Below, one piece after another: positions 16,339-26,018 of a stretch of DNA of 64,000 bases; within the stretch, counting starts at the first letter, position 1, and each line of letters starts with the position of its first letter. The stretch covers positions 960,001-1,024,000 of the forward strand of contig CBDCOX010000002.1 in NCBI GenBank assembly GCA_965219995.1. The letters are read 5' to 3'. The position numbers and the translations under genes were made by a program. The notes beneath the pieces were generated by a model. The model made no database searches. It saw only the letters and a list, made by a program, of their open reading frames with translations, and had not been told where the DNA came from. This DNA is from Candidatus Latescibacterota bacterium (lineage in GTDB: Bacteria; Latescibacterota; UBA2968; GCA-2709665).

Positions 16339-17286
16339 TCAGTCGTGTTCGCTGTTTGCATAGTGGTTCTGCAACGGGTCCAGGCCGAAGTCGTTCTCCA
16401 GATCGCGCAATACGGAGTGGATGTGGTTCCCGTCGTTCTGGGTATTGTCGTATTCCACCAGATGGGTTGGGCCATGGATCCGGTAATAGTGCTTCTCCCC
16501 GGGTTGTATCCCGCCGGCCCAGGCAAAGTGAAGCCGGCCCACACCGGCCTTTCTGATGCGCGCCAGATGAGCTTGCGCCAGGTCGGGCCGGAGGTTCGTT
16601 GCGTACACGTCCAGAATCCGCATCACCGCGTCTTTCTGCGGCGGCGGCATTTCAGAAACGGGCAGACCCGCCGGATCGCCGATCCGCGCCACCTTGCTGT
16701 TTCGTGTGAGGATGTCGCTGGGCGCATCCGCCGCAATCCGGACCGTGGACTGCAGGTCCCCGGGCAGCGCATTCAGAACGCCTCGCGCCAGGTCCTCTTC
16801 ATCACGCAGCACGCGCCAGCCCTGGTGCTCTCCAGAGGGCACCCGCGCCGGGTTCGCGCCCCAGAAGGCCGGTGTGGACGCCACCTTTTTTTCCGTGCCG
16901 ACAGAAACCGTCAGCGACAGATGGTGGCCGTCGATTCGCCAGCCCCAGGTTCCTGTCCCGGACGCAAGGTCGCCAAACAGCGTCAGGAAATACCCGTCCG
17001 GATCCCGTCGGAATCGCGAGGTCGTCTGCGCCTCGATCTGTCCGAGGATGCCCTCAAGAACCATGATGTCCAGCGCTTTCTGATATCCGGCGTCGCTGAG
17101 CGCGCACTTCAACAGACAATGGGCCGCGTCCCGCTGAGCCTGCGACATTTCCCTGAAAGGCACACCGTTGCGCTTGACGGGTACGTAATTCCAGTTGAAA
17201 CGCTCCTCGTGTTCGAACGCGAACAGGATCCGCTTCCGCTGTTCCTCTGTGAGTTCGTTCATGAAATCCTGAGCTTCGCGCAGCAT
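16339..17286 (-). CDS. DUF3500 family protein
   Basis: WGWRIDGHHLSL, TPAFWGANP, YYRIHGP..LVEYDNTQNDGNHIHSVLRD. Confidence 0.85.
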   Translation of the reverse strand: MLREAQDFMNELTEEQRKRILFAFEHEERFNWNYVPVKRNGVPFREMSQAQRDAAHCLLKCALSDAGYQKALDIMVLEGILGQIEAQTTSRFRRDPDGYFLTLFGDLASGTGTWGWRIDGHHLSLTVSVGTEKKVASTPAFWGANPARVPSGEHQGWRVLRDEEDLARGVLNALPGDLQSTVRIAADAPSDILTRNSKVARIGDPAGLPVSEMPPPQKDAVMRILDVYATNLRPDLAQAHLARIRKAGVGRLHFAWAGGIQPGEKHYYRIHGPTHLVEYDNTQNDGNHIHSVLRDLENDFGLDPLQNHYANSEHD

Positions 17287-17343
17287 GGGTTCCTCCCCGT
17301 GAGCGTACCTGTGGCAAATAGATGGTTTTGACGATTGAATCCG

Positions 17344-19410
17344 TCAGTTGGACGAATCGCCTTCAGCCGCACGGAATTCCGCGACGGACATCTGGTTGTT
17401 TGTCGTCTCGCCCGTTTTGAGCGCCACAAGGATGGGGGCGGGGTACGAACTCTTTGCAAGTAACGAATCCGTTTGTACACCCGTCGCCGTGTCCACCAGT
17501 ACCTCGTAGACGTCGTCGGGCTTCCAGAAATCCCGCGAGGGGCGCCCCGCTGTCGCGCCAGCCATAAACGCCGTCCAGATCGGCACCGCGTCGCGCCCGC
17601 CGGTTATCCGGGGACGTCTGCCGGTTTTCCGGTCGAAACCAACCCAGACGCTGGCCACCAGCCCGGGCGTAAAGCCGGTAAACCAGGCGTCCGCATAGTC
17701 GTTTGTCGTGCCTGTCTTCCCCGCCGCCGGCCTTTGGAATCCCCGTGACCTTACGCCGCGGCCGGTACCTCGGTGAATGACGTTTTGAAGCATTCGAATC
17801 ATGACATAGGCATCCGCGGCATTGATGACGGGAACGGGTTGCACCCGATGCGAGTACACGACACGACCCTCTGAGTCTTCGATCCGCCGCACAAAAGCGG
17901 GCTCCACGCGGACGCCGTAGTTGGCGATGGTGGCATAGGCCGCAGCCAACTCCAGCGGAGAAACCTCGCTTGCGCCAAGCGCGACGCTCGGATACGGCTC
18001 CATTTGGCGCCGAATGCCGAGACGCCTGCCCATTTCCACAACCCGCTCGGGCCCGATCCGATCCATAATCTGCACGCTTACGGAGTTCGCGGAATTCGTC
18101 AGGGCCCACGCCGCCGTCGTCAGGCCCAGGTATTGATCTCTGTAATTCCCGGGGGTCCACGGCTTCCCGTTCACAGTGTAGGTCCGCTGTTCATCCACAA
18201 ACAACGACACGGGCGATATCGCGCCCGTCGCCAGCGCTGCCAGATACACGACCGGCTTGAAACCCGATCCCGGCTGACGCCGGGCGGTCGTTGCCCGATT
18301 GTAGTGGCTGATGAAGATGTCACGGCCGCCGACCAATGCTCGCACGTATCCCGTTGCCGGTTCCACGCTGACCAATGCCGCCTGAATGTAGTCCTGCCTG
18401 CCCGCACTGCCGGCACGCTCGTACGGACCAAATCCAAGCCGTAAATCCACTTCCGCAAGCCCTTTCGCCACAGCCTTTTCTGCGGCTTTCTGCATCTGAA
18501 AATCCAACGTCGTATAGATGTTCAACGCACCGAAGCTGAGCGCGGACCGGCCCCATTGCCGTACCACCTGCTCTTTGATGATCTCGACGAAATACGGCGT
18601 TCGATTCCGGTCGCGGCGTTGCGGCGTAAGAACCGGCGGTTCGGCAAGGGCCCGTTTCAGCGCGTCCGATTCCAGGTATCCCGCGGCGTGCATGCGTCTC
18701 AGAACGTGTGCGGTACGCGCGGCGGCCTGCCGCCCGCCGTCCCGGAACGGATTCAACGCGCCGGGCGAGTTTGGCAACCCGGCCAGCATGGCCGCCTCCA
18801 CCAGACTCAGGTCGGCCGCGGCCTTACCGAAAAACGTCTGGGACGCATCCTCCACGCCATAAGCGTTGGTACCGAAGAAACTCCCGTTGATGTAGATTTC
18901 CAGCAGACTGTCCTTCGCCGCCTTTCCATACAACCTGGTAAACATCGCTTCCAGTTGCACGGCCAGCAGCACCTCCCTCGCCTTCCGAAGATACGTCTTC
19001 TCCCGCGTCAGGAACACATTCTTGACGATCTGCTGGGTAATCGTGCTTCCGCCCCTGACTTTTCGGAAGTGCGTCAGGTTCGCCAGAAATGCGCCCGCGA
19101 TGCCCTTCAGGCTGATTCCACGGTGCTCGTAGAACGATTCGTCTTCGGTTGCGACCACCGCCTTGATAAACCAGGGGCTCACCTGGTTCAGCGGCACCTG
19201 CCTCACCCGACGGTTGAACGTAAACAGCAACTCCCCGGAGTCCGCGTAGATACTCACGCCAGCCTGGCTTCGCAACGCGTCGGGGTCGGGTGGAATCCGC
19301 GGAAGCGTCGTCACCAGCCAGACGAAGCCGAGGCCCGCGAGGAGAACGGCGTCGGCCGCCACAATGATTCCCGTCCGGGTCCAGTCGTTCCGAAGCGAAG
19401 AACGGAGCAT
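17344..19410 (-). CDS. Class A penicillin-binding protein (transglycosylase/transpeptidase)
   Basis: ATEDESFYEHRG, GGSTITQQIVKN, RKAREV; SxxK (PGSGFKP), SxN and KTG motifs. Confidence 0.95.
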   Translation of the reverse strand: MLRSSLRNDWTRTGIIVAADAVLLAGLGFVWLVTTLPRIPPDPDALRSQAGVSIYADSGELLFTFNRRVRQVPLNQVSPWFIKAVVATEDESFYEHRGISLKGIAGAFLANLTHFRKVRGGSTITQQIVKNVFLTREKTYLRKAREVLLAVQLEAMFTRLYGKAAKDSLLEIYINGSFFGTNAYGVEDASQTFFGKAAADLSLVEAAMLAGLPNSPGALNPFRDGGRQAAARTAHVLRRMHAAGYLESDALKRALAEPPVLTPQRRDRNRTPYFVEIIKEQVVRQWGRSALSFGALNIYTTLDFQMQKAAEKAVAKGLAEVDLRLGFGPYERAGSAGRQDYIQAALVSVEPATGYVRALVGGRDIFISHYNRATTARRQPGSGFKPVVYLAALATGAISPVSLFVDEQRTYTVNGKPWTPGNYRDQYLGLTTAAWALTNSANSVSVQIMDRIGPERVVEMGRRLGIRRQMEPYPSVALGASEVSPLELAAAYATIANYGVRVEPAFVRRIEDSEGRVVYSHRVQPVPVINAADAYVMIRMLQNVIHRGTGRGVRSRGFQRPAAGKTGTTNDYADAWFTGFTPGLVASVWVGFDRKTGRRPRITGGRDAVPIWTAFMAGATAGRPSRDFWKPDDVYEVLVDTATGVQTDSLLAKSSYPAPILVALKTGETTNNQMSVAEFRAAEGDSSN

Positions 19411-20255
19411 CAGGGAGGCCCTCCCCCGTCTCCGAATAGTTCTGCGATTGCCCCCGCGTGCAATTCAAAGATGACCGAGGTCCGTTCCGGGTCGACATAG
19501 GCCAGTTCGCAGTGGTAACTGCCGAGCCCGCTCTGAACAAGAATCTGGCTTACACTTCCGGACCGGTAGTCTCCGATCAGACGATTCCGTTCTTCGGACC
19601 GTAACTGTTCGACGATATCCCCTGCCAGCCGTTCACGAACGTCCGCCCGGGTCGAGTCCGCGATCTTCAGGGAGTCTGCCTGGGCGCGCCATTCGGTCCC
19701 GCCCGCGTGGCGATACAGCGCGTTGACCCGCTGCTGTGCCAGGGTCTGGTAACGAGCCTCCGGGAGACTCGCCAACTTCAGCAGGGAAAGCCCGCGATTG
19801 AAGGCGCTGACGCTTCCGATCAGTTCCCGCGTATCGCGGCTCGCGCCCCTGGCGAGTTCAGTACGCCAGACCGCGATCAGGGAAGGCATGCCCGTCTCCG
19901 GCACACGTTCCAGCTCGAAGCGGGCGCCCGCAACCGCATCGGGCAGGCCTCCCCTGACCGCAGGCGCTTCCATCGTCCGCAACGTATCCTCCACCACCGC
20001 CCGCGCGTCCAGCTGCTTCCATATACCGCCCGTCCTGGCGCGCCTCGCGTTGGTCCGGTCCAACGCAATCCCCACCCAACCGGCAATCCAGTCGTTGCGG
20101 TATTCCAGGCAGGCAGCGAGCACGGCCAACAAGGAGATCGAGAGCAGCCCGACGACAGGATAGGCCACCTTCCTGTATCTCCACGTCGACCAGCGTTCCT
20201 CGATCAACGACCGGACGCGACGCCCGGGCGGGCCGATTCGATGCTGGAAAGCCAT
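19410..20255 (-). CDS. Hypothetical single-TM membrane protein coupled to the PBP gene
   Basis: 281 aa with an N-terminal hydrophobic helix; stop overlaps the PBP start (TGATG). Confidence 0.7.
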   Translation of the reverse strand: MAFQHRIGPPGRRVRSLIEERWSTWRYRKVAYPVVGLLSISLLAVLAACLEYRNDWIAGWVGIALDRTNARRARTGGIWKQLDARAVVEDTLRTMEAPAVRGGLPDAVAGARFELERVPETGMPSLIAVWRTELARGASRDTRELIGSVSAFNRGLSLLKLASLPEARYQTLAQQRVNALYRHAGGTEWRAQADSLKIADSTRADVRERLAGDIVEQLRSEERNRLIGDYRSGSVSQILVQSGLGSYHCELAYVDPERTSVIFELHAGAIAELFGDGGGPP

Positions 20256-20272
20256 GGTGTTTTCAAGTCGTC

Positions 20273-20313
20273 AAAAAAATCCCGAAACAACGCACCTTCG
20301 GCTGTTACGGGAT
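20273..20313 (-). terminator. Rho-independent terminator after aldolase
   Basis: ATCCCG..AAC / GTT..CGGGAT stem followed by a T run. Confidence 0.6.
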
Positions 20314-20337
20314 CGGTTGACGGAATTCTGGAAGAAA

Positions 20338-21360
20338 TCAGGCGGCAACGCCCTCCATATCCGGAACATATTTGCCGTAGCGTGCAGCGCCGTTACAGCC
20401 TGCCCGGTGATAAAACACCTGTTGCGCCGCCGCCACGTTGGCAGCCCGACCCTTCCAGACGGCGCGGGCCGGATCCTGTAACGCCCTTCCATAAGAATAA
20501 CTGAGTTCCCACGGGAAATCGCCGATCTGATTCATTGTGTTCAGGTGCAAGGTGGAGAGTTCCGGGCTCTGACCCCCGGATAGAAACACCACACCCGGAA
20601 CGGCCGCAGGAACCGTTCGCCGGAGGCACCGGACGGTTGCTTCAGCCACCTCCGGAACGCCCGCCTGCACCGGACAGCTGGCGCCGGACAATACCATACT
20701 GGCTTTAAGCAAAGTACCTTCGAGAACGACCCCGTGCTCTCCCAATTCCGAATACACGCTACGCAATACCGACTCCGTCACTTCTTCGCATCGCTCGATG
20801 GTGTGATCGCCTTCCATCAGCACTTCGGGCTCCACGATGGGTACAACACCCGCCTCCTGGCACTCGGCGGCGTAACGGGCGAGGGCGTGGGCGTTGGCAT
20901 GGATGCACGCACGCGTGGGAATCCCGTCGCCAATGGCGATGGCAGCCCGCCATTTGGCGAATCGAGCGCCGCTCCTATGATACGCTTCCAATCGGCTCCG
21001 GAGTCCGTCCAGACCCTCGGTTATCTGTTCGCCCGGAAACCCCGCCAACTGCACGAGCCCGGTGTCCGCCTTGATACCGGGAATCATCCCCCGGTCGGAC
21101 AGCAACCGGGGAAACGGCACGCCGCCGAGCGAGGCCGTGTTCAGCGTTTCCTCGAACAGAATGACGCCGCTGATAAAGTCCGCCAGATCCGGTGTCGTGA
21201 ACAACAAATCGCGATACGCGCGCCGTGCCTCCGCTGTGGGTTCCACGCCGATGTCGGCAAAACGCTTCGTGATGGTTCCCATACTCTCGTCTGCCGCCAG
21301 TATTCCTCCACCCGCGGGTACCAGTGCGCGAGCCGTGGCTTCGAGTTCCGCTCTTGACAT
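20338..21360 (-). CDS. Fructose-bisphosphate aldolase class I
   Basis: GILAADES, ISGVILFEETL, FAKWRA, VPIVEPEVL, FLSGGQ, SYSYGRALQ; start at MSRAE. Confidence 0.95.
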   Translation of the reverse strand: MSRAELEATARALVPAGGGILAADESMGTITKRFADIGVEPTAEARRAYRDLLFTTPDLADFISGVILFEETLNTASLGGVPFPRLLSDRGMIPGIKADTGLVQLAGFPGEQITEGLDGLRSRLEAYHRSGARFAKWRAAIAIGDGIPTRACIHANAHALARYAAECQEAGVVPIVEPEVLMEGDHTIERCEEVTESVLRSVYSELGEHGVVLEGTLLKASMVLSGASCPVQAGVPEVAEATVRCLRRTVPAAVPGVVFLSGGQSPELSTLHLNTMNQIGDFPWELSYSYGRALQDPARAVWKGRAANVAAAQQVFYHRAGCNGAARYGKYVPDMEGVAA

Positions 21361-21460
21361 CGATAAGGACCTCACTACCCGGTGTGATACGGTATACTTG
21401 AATATGCACCATAGAATATACGTTATAATCGGACGTTGTCCAGCAGATTCCGGTCTATCT

Positions 21461-22417
21461 TCAGGGGTCCGTGGGGCCCCTGGCCGCCCTGCGGTCGGCA
21501 TCCGGCGTATCAAGTGTCCACACATCGTTGTAGACGGTGCTTCCCGCGATGGACCCGCTGTACCCGCCGAGCAGCCAGATCTTCTGCCGGAAGTCGAGGC
21601 ACGGAAACGCGTGGCGAATCCCCCACGGCGCGGCGCGGTGACAGCGCCTCCATGTCCGTCCGTCGCCGGAGTACCAGACATCGTTCATATTGATGGCCGG
21701 CTCAATGGCCCCGCCGGCGATCCACATCCTGCCGGCGTATTTGAAGCAACTGTGGAAGCGCCGGGGGCTCCAGCACGCATGGGTTGTCTCCGGTTTCCAC
21801 GAAACGCCATCCGACGAACTCCAGACATCGTTATAATTCACACGCCGATCGTGATAATTTCCCCCTCCGAGAATCCACATCCTGTTTCTGTGTTCGATGG
21901 CCGGAAACATGGCCCGCGGAGCCCACTGCGAGGACGCGGCGACAAGATCCCATTGACGCCCGTCGTCCGAGCACCAGACGTCGCCGTAATGCGCCTTTTC
22001 TTCCCAGTTGAGCCCGCCCAGAACCCAGATCCGGTTACCGTACACCAGGCAGCCGAAAGCGCCGCGGCAACCCCACGGTGCACGATGTGTCACACGATCC
22101 CAGTTGCGGCCGTCACCCGAACACCAGATATCCCCGAGCGTATGGACGCCGTCAAATCCGCCCATCAACCATATTCGACCTCCCAGCACCACGCAACCCG
22201 CCAGATTCCTGGCGGGCCAGGGCGCCGCCGTCAACAGGCATTCCCACGTCAGACCGTCGTTGGAACGCCACACGTCGTTCAGACGCGGGAAGTTCGCGGG
22301 ACCCAGCATCTGCCAGCCGCCGAGCAGCCAGATCTGATCCCCGAAGACCGCGGCCCCCGGCGAATCTCTGGGCGGCCACGGCGCGGATTCGGTGATAGGG
22401 TACCAGGTCGCTTTCAT
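21461..22417 (-). CDS. Kelch-like six-repeat beta-propeller protein
   Basis: Six repeats of APWxxR...IWxxGG...(N/G)DVWxSxDGxxW. Confidence 0.85.
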   Translation of the reverse strand: MKATWYPITESAPWPPRDSPGAAVFGDQIWLLGGWQMLGPANFPRLNDVWRSNDGLTWECLLTAAPWPARNLAGCVVLGGRIWLMGGFDGVHTLGDIWCSGDGRNWDRVTHRAPWGCRGAFGCLVYGNRIWVLGGLNWEEKAHYGDVWCSDDGRQWDLVAASSQWAPRAMFPAIEHRNRMWILGGGNYHDRRVNYNDVWSSSDGVSWKPETTHACWSPRRFHSCFKYAGRMWIAGGAIEPAINMNDVWYSGDGRTWRRCHRAAPWGIRHAFPCLDFRQKIWLLGGYSGSIAGSTVYNDVWTLDTPDADRRAARGPTDP

Positions 22418-22559
22418 CCTGAAGGCGCACCGCGCGAAAAGCCCCTAAAGCTGCGGACTTCCCTTTTTTGTTTTCCAACGTCTCGTTTTTCCGATATATT
22501 TGACATCCGTCACCTCCGAAGCCGCGATTCGATGAAACCCTTGGCGGTTCCACAATCCT

Positions 22560-23378
22560 ATGTACCGTACGCTCGTTTACGCCGTCTTCAGCCAGCTCGC
22601 TGTCGGCGGGTTGTTATCAATGCTGGTTGTTCCGCTGGAAGCCGGCAGACGCTTCTTCCGGTTCTGCGCGATCGCGTGCCTCGTGTTTCTCCTGCTGGCC
22701 CTGAGGGTGGGGCCTTTCCCTCTCCTGACACCATTAGCGGATGGCGCAACGGGCGACTTGCTGCCCCGTTGGCTGTTGTTGGCCTGCGCCCTGCTCGCAT
22801 TGGCCTACCTTATTGCGGTTATCGCCGAACGTGTGAAACCGCAAAAGCCGCTGCTTGCCGCCGCGGGTACGGCTGGTGCGGCCGGTTTGTTGTCGGACGG
22901 GTGGATTGCCTGCGCCGCCTGCCCGCCCGCCGTCGCCAGCCTGTTGACCGCCGCCTGTTACCTTGTTTCCGCTCTGTTCCTGGGCAGCGTCATCTTCGCG
23001 ATGATTCTGGGCCACTGGTACCTCGTGGTACCGGCACTCCATATCAGGCCCATTCGCGCCCTCACGCAGCTGATGCTCGGCGCCACGCTGGCCAAAGTGA
23101 TGCTGACCGTGCTCACGTTGTACATGTTCTGGGCGGACGGCGACGCGCAGACACGCGAAACGCTGCGGTCTTTCGGGGGAATCGGCGGTCTCTTTCTCTG
23201 GGTAAGGGTACTCTTCGGGTTGCTGGGTCCGCTCTTTGTCGGCTTCATGGTCTGGCAGACCGTAAAGATTCACTCGACCCAATCGGCCACGGGCCTGCTG
23301 TACGTGGCGACGATCTTCGTGCTGATCGGAGAATGTGTCTCCGCTTATATTTTCTATACAACCACCATTCCGGTTTAG
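22560..23378 (+). CDS. Polytopic membrane protein (possibly DmsC-anchor-like)
   Basis: About 8 hydrophobic segments; MILGHWYLV and STQSATGLLY motifs. Confidence 0.7.
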   Translation: MYRTLVYAVFSQLAVGGLLSMLVVPLEAGRRFFRFCAIACLVFLLLALRVGPFPLLTPLADGATGDLLPRWLLLACALLALAYLIAVIAERVKPQKPLLAAAGTAGAAGLLSDGWIACAACPPAVASLLTAACYLVSALFLGSVIFAMILGHWYLVVPALHIRPIRALTQLMLGATLAKVMLTVLTLYMFWADGDAQTRETLRSFGGIGGLFLWVRVLFGLLGPLFVGFMVWQTVKIHSTQSATGLLYVATIFVLIGECVSAYIFYTTTIPV

Positions 23379-23382
23379 GCCT

Positions 23383-23829
23383 ATGAAAATCAGTTTCCGC
23401 TGTTACGACTGCCAGGCCGTCAACGAGGTTCGGCCTTCGAAGGCCGAGACCTCGTGTACGGCATGCGGCCGAACGTTCGCGATGGCTTTCTCGAACAATG
23501 TCCTGCAAGGCAATCAGGTTGACGTCTGCCCCCGATGCGAAAAGACCGATTTTTACGTCCAGAGAGACTTCAACGGAAAAATCGGACTGGCGATCGCGGT
23601 GCTGTTTGCCGTCGTCGGGCTGGTTTTCGTGGCGCTGGACCGCCCCGTCTACTTCTACGTCTGTCTTGGCGCGGCCGCGATGATCGACCTTGCGCTGTTC
23701 CTGTGCCTGCCGGAAATTACGATTTGCTACAGTTGCAAGACTGCCTTTCGGGGCGCCCGCAAGAACCCGAAACATCAGGCGTTCGATCTGCATACCGCAG
23801 ATATGTACGATAACCGCGCCAAGGGGTGA
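23383..23829 (+). CDS. Zinc-ribbon membrane protein
   Basis: Four CxxC pairs (CYDC, CTAC, CPRC, CYSC) around two TM helices; starts 4 bp after the previous stop. Confidence 0.7.
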   Translation: MKISFRCYDCQAVNEVRPSKAETSCTACGRTFAMAFSNNVLQGNQVDVCPRCEKTDFYVQRDFNGKIGLAIAVLFAVVGLVFVALDRPVYFYVCLGAAAMIDLALFLCLPEITICYSCKTAFRGARKNPKHQAFDLHTADMYDNRAKG

Positions 23830-23907
23830 CCCGTTGTGATGCGGGGTCGGCAAACGGTTGACCGGGATGACTTTCGTCAGCCGGTTTTGTTCCCTGACCG
23901 TCGGCCG

Positions 23908-24477
23908 TCAGTCCGCGGCGCCAAAGGCCAGTCCCAGACTGATCCGGAAAGAGGAGTCCGCTTCGTCGTCGGCGATCATCATCTTGATTTCACCGAACCA
24001 GAGCATCCCGGGTCCGAACCGTCTGCGAAACCCGAGGGGAACATTCAGGGTAACCTTCGTGTCCTCGGGTACAGACACGTTTATCGTGCCCCCCTGCCCC
24101 CCTGGCTCGATGATGTCCCATCGTGACAGATGGACGCCGATTCCGCCGCCCACGTAGCCTACGGTGTTGCCCTCGCCGAAAATGAACTGGGCTTCGCCGT
24201 TGATGGAATACATCTTCAAATTGTCCTGTATAACCAGATCCACGCCCGGTACGAGATGGAGACGAGGTATGAAGATGGATCCGAAATCCACGTGCCCGCC
24301 GACCGCCAGACGGGCCGAGTCGAATTCATACCCCACGTACTCCTGGGACTCCTGACGCGTCAGGTCCACGCCAGCCTTCAACCCCAGCCCGCGCAGCCCG
24401 AGCGCGTCTGCCCGGCAGTGACCCGAAACCAGAACTGCGGCAACCAGTCCAAACGTCCACCATGTACACTTACGCAT
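23908..24477 (-). CDS. Small outer-membrane beta-barrel protein
   Basis: Signal peptide, alternating amphipathic strands, YVGGGIG, C-terminal LGLAF. Confidence 0.7.
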   Translation of the reverse strand: MRKCTWWTFGLVAAVLVSGHCRADALGLRGLGLKAGVDLTRQESQEYVGYEFDSARLAVGGHVDFGSIFIPRLHLVPGVDLVIQDNLKMYSINGEAQFIFGEGNTVGYVGGGIGVHLSRWDIIEPGGQGGTINVSVPEDTKVTLNVPLGFRRRFGPGMLWFGEIKMMIADDEADSSFRISLGLAFGAAD

Positions 24478-24555
24478 AGGGATGCCCCCGTTTCCGTTAT
24501 CGCCCGGCGGCGGGCGCCGTTCGGACAATGCTTCACGCCGCCCGCCGTCGTGCCG

Positions 24556-25647
24556 TCATGCATTGAAGAGGAAGCGGATTACGTCGCCGTCCTGAACGGC
24601 ATACTCCCTTCCTTCGGTGCGCATCCTGCCCGCCTCCCGCAACCCGGCGATGCCGCCGGCGGCCAGGACGTCCCGGTAAGCGGCCACGTCTGCCCTGATG
24701 AACCCGCGCTCCATGTCCGAGTGGACCCGTCCCGCGGCGGCTGGAGCCCGCGTGCCTTCGGGAAGTTCCCAGGCCTGCAGCCTCTCGTTTGCCGTGGTAT
24801 AGAACGCGATCAGCCCCAGAAGGGCGTAGCCGGCGCGAATCAGCCGGATTACGCCCGGCTGTGCCAACCCCATATCCGCCACGAAGACATCACGGTCGGC
24901 AGGCGGCAATTCGGCGATCTCCGCTTCGATCTGTGCCGCGAGCACAAGGACGCGGTCGGCGCCGACAGTCTTCCGCAGCCTGGCCGTCGGGCCGCCCCCT
25001 TCCGGCAGATCCGACTCCGAGACGTTCGACACGTACAACACGGGTTTGGCGGTAAGAAAACTGAAGGGCTTCAGGGCCTCCAATTGCGCTTCGGTCAGAT
25101 CCTGTTCCCTCAGGGGCAGAGACCGCCCCAACCCTTCGATGGCCGCCCTGAGGGTTTCATAGACGTTGCGCTCAGGGGCGCGCGGATTGGAACGCAGGAC
25201 GCCTTCGATCCGGCGCGCAATCCCTTCAGCCGATTCGAGATCGGCCAGTTCAAGCTCGGTTTCGACGGTATCCGCGTCCCTTACCGGATCGACGACGCCA
25301 TCCACATGCGGTACGTTTTCGTCTTCGTAGGCGCGGACGACGTGAACCAGCGCGTCGACCTCCCGAATTCGCGCCAGAAACCGGTTACCCAGGCCCTCGC
25401 CACGGCTCGCGCCCCGCACCAGACCGGCAATATCCACAAACTGAACGAACGCCGGGATGCAGGCCTCGGGCGCGAGCAGTTCATTCAGCCGTTGAAGGCG
25501 CTCGTCCGGCACTTCCACGACGCCCACATTCGGTTCAACGGTACAAAAAGGATAGTTCGATGCTTCGACGCCGGTCCTGGTGAGCGCATTGAACAGGGTC
25601 GACTTGCCCGCGTTTGGCAGGCCGATAATGCCGATATTGAGGGCCAT
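24556..25647 (-). CDS. ychF: Redox-regulated ATPase YchF
   Basis: GIIGLPNAGKSTLFNALT, NYPFCTVEPN, VDIAGLV.GAS.GEGLGN.FL, EGREYAVQDGDV. Confidence 0.97.
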   Translation of the reverse strand: MALNIGIIGLPNAGKSTLFNALTRTGVEASNYPFCTVEPNVGVVEVPDERLQRLNELLAPEACIPAFVQFVDIAGLVRGASRGEGLGNRFLARIREVDALVHVVRAYEDENVPHVDGVVDPVRDADTVETELELADLESAEGIARRIEGVLRSNPRAPERNVYETLRAAIEGLGRSLPLREQDLTEAQLEALKPFSFLTAKPVLYVSNVSESDLPEGGGPTARLRKTVGADRVLVLAAQIEAEIAELPPADRDVFVADMGLAQPGVIRLIRAGYALLGLIAFYTTANERLQAWELPEGTRAPAAAGRVHSDMERGFIRADVAAYRDVLAAGGIAGLREAGRMRTEGREYAVQDGDVIRFLFNA

Positions 25648-25686
25648 ACTCGCTGGCAGGATACGGCGGACGCGTTCGCGCCCGAC

Positions 25687-25727
25687 AAAAAAAAACAGCC
25701 AGAGGCTAAACATAATCCGCTGGCCGA
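25687..25727 (-). terminator. Rho-independent terminator of the molybdoenzyme operon
   Basis: GGCCAG...CTGGCTG stem followed by a long T run. Confidence 0.6.
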
Positions 25728-25748
25728 CAGAAAGTTGACCAACTAACG

Positions 25749-26015
25749 TTAAAGCCCGCCGCTGATGGCGGTAACAAAGTGGACCTCGCTTTCCGCTTCT
25801 ACCCTCTGACGCATTCCGTCGTTGCTTACAGTGCCGTCGATTGCAACCGCCAGACCGGGTCTGATACGGCCATCCTCGCAGATTCGCTCCCTGATCCCCG
25901 GAAACTTCGCTTCGAGGTTCTCAATGACCTCCCGTATTGTCTCTCCCGGTACCTGAACCTGCTCCAGACCGTCGGTGAGACGACGCATTAGAGACGGGAT
26001 CCAGACCTCCGGCAT
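25749..26015 (-). CDS. MoaD/ThiS-family sulfur carrier
   Basis: 88-aa ubiquitin-like protein ending VHFVTAISGGL. Confidence 0.85.
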   Translation of the reverse strand: MPEVWIPSLMRRLTDGLEQVQVPGETIREVIENLEAKFPGIRERICEDGRIRPGLAVAIDGTVSNDGMRQRVEAESEVHFVTAISGGL

Positions 26016-26018
26016 GGC

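Noticed and set aside
21062-23386. 774-aa plus-strand ORF, and other long antisense ORFs such as 53229-55337, 24130-25746, 40346-41836 and 57797-59287
   Set aside because: Shadow frames overlapping well-supported genes in GC-rich DNA; Arg/Pro-rich with no motifs.
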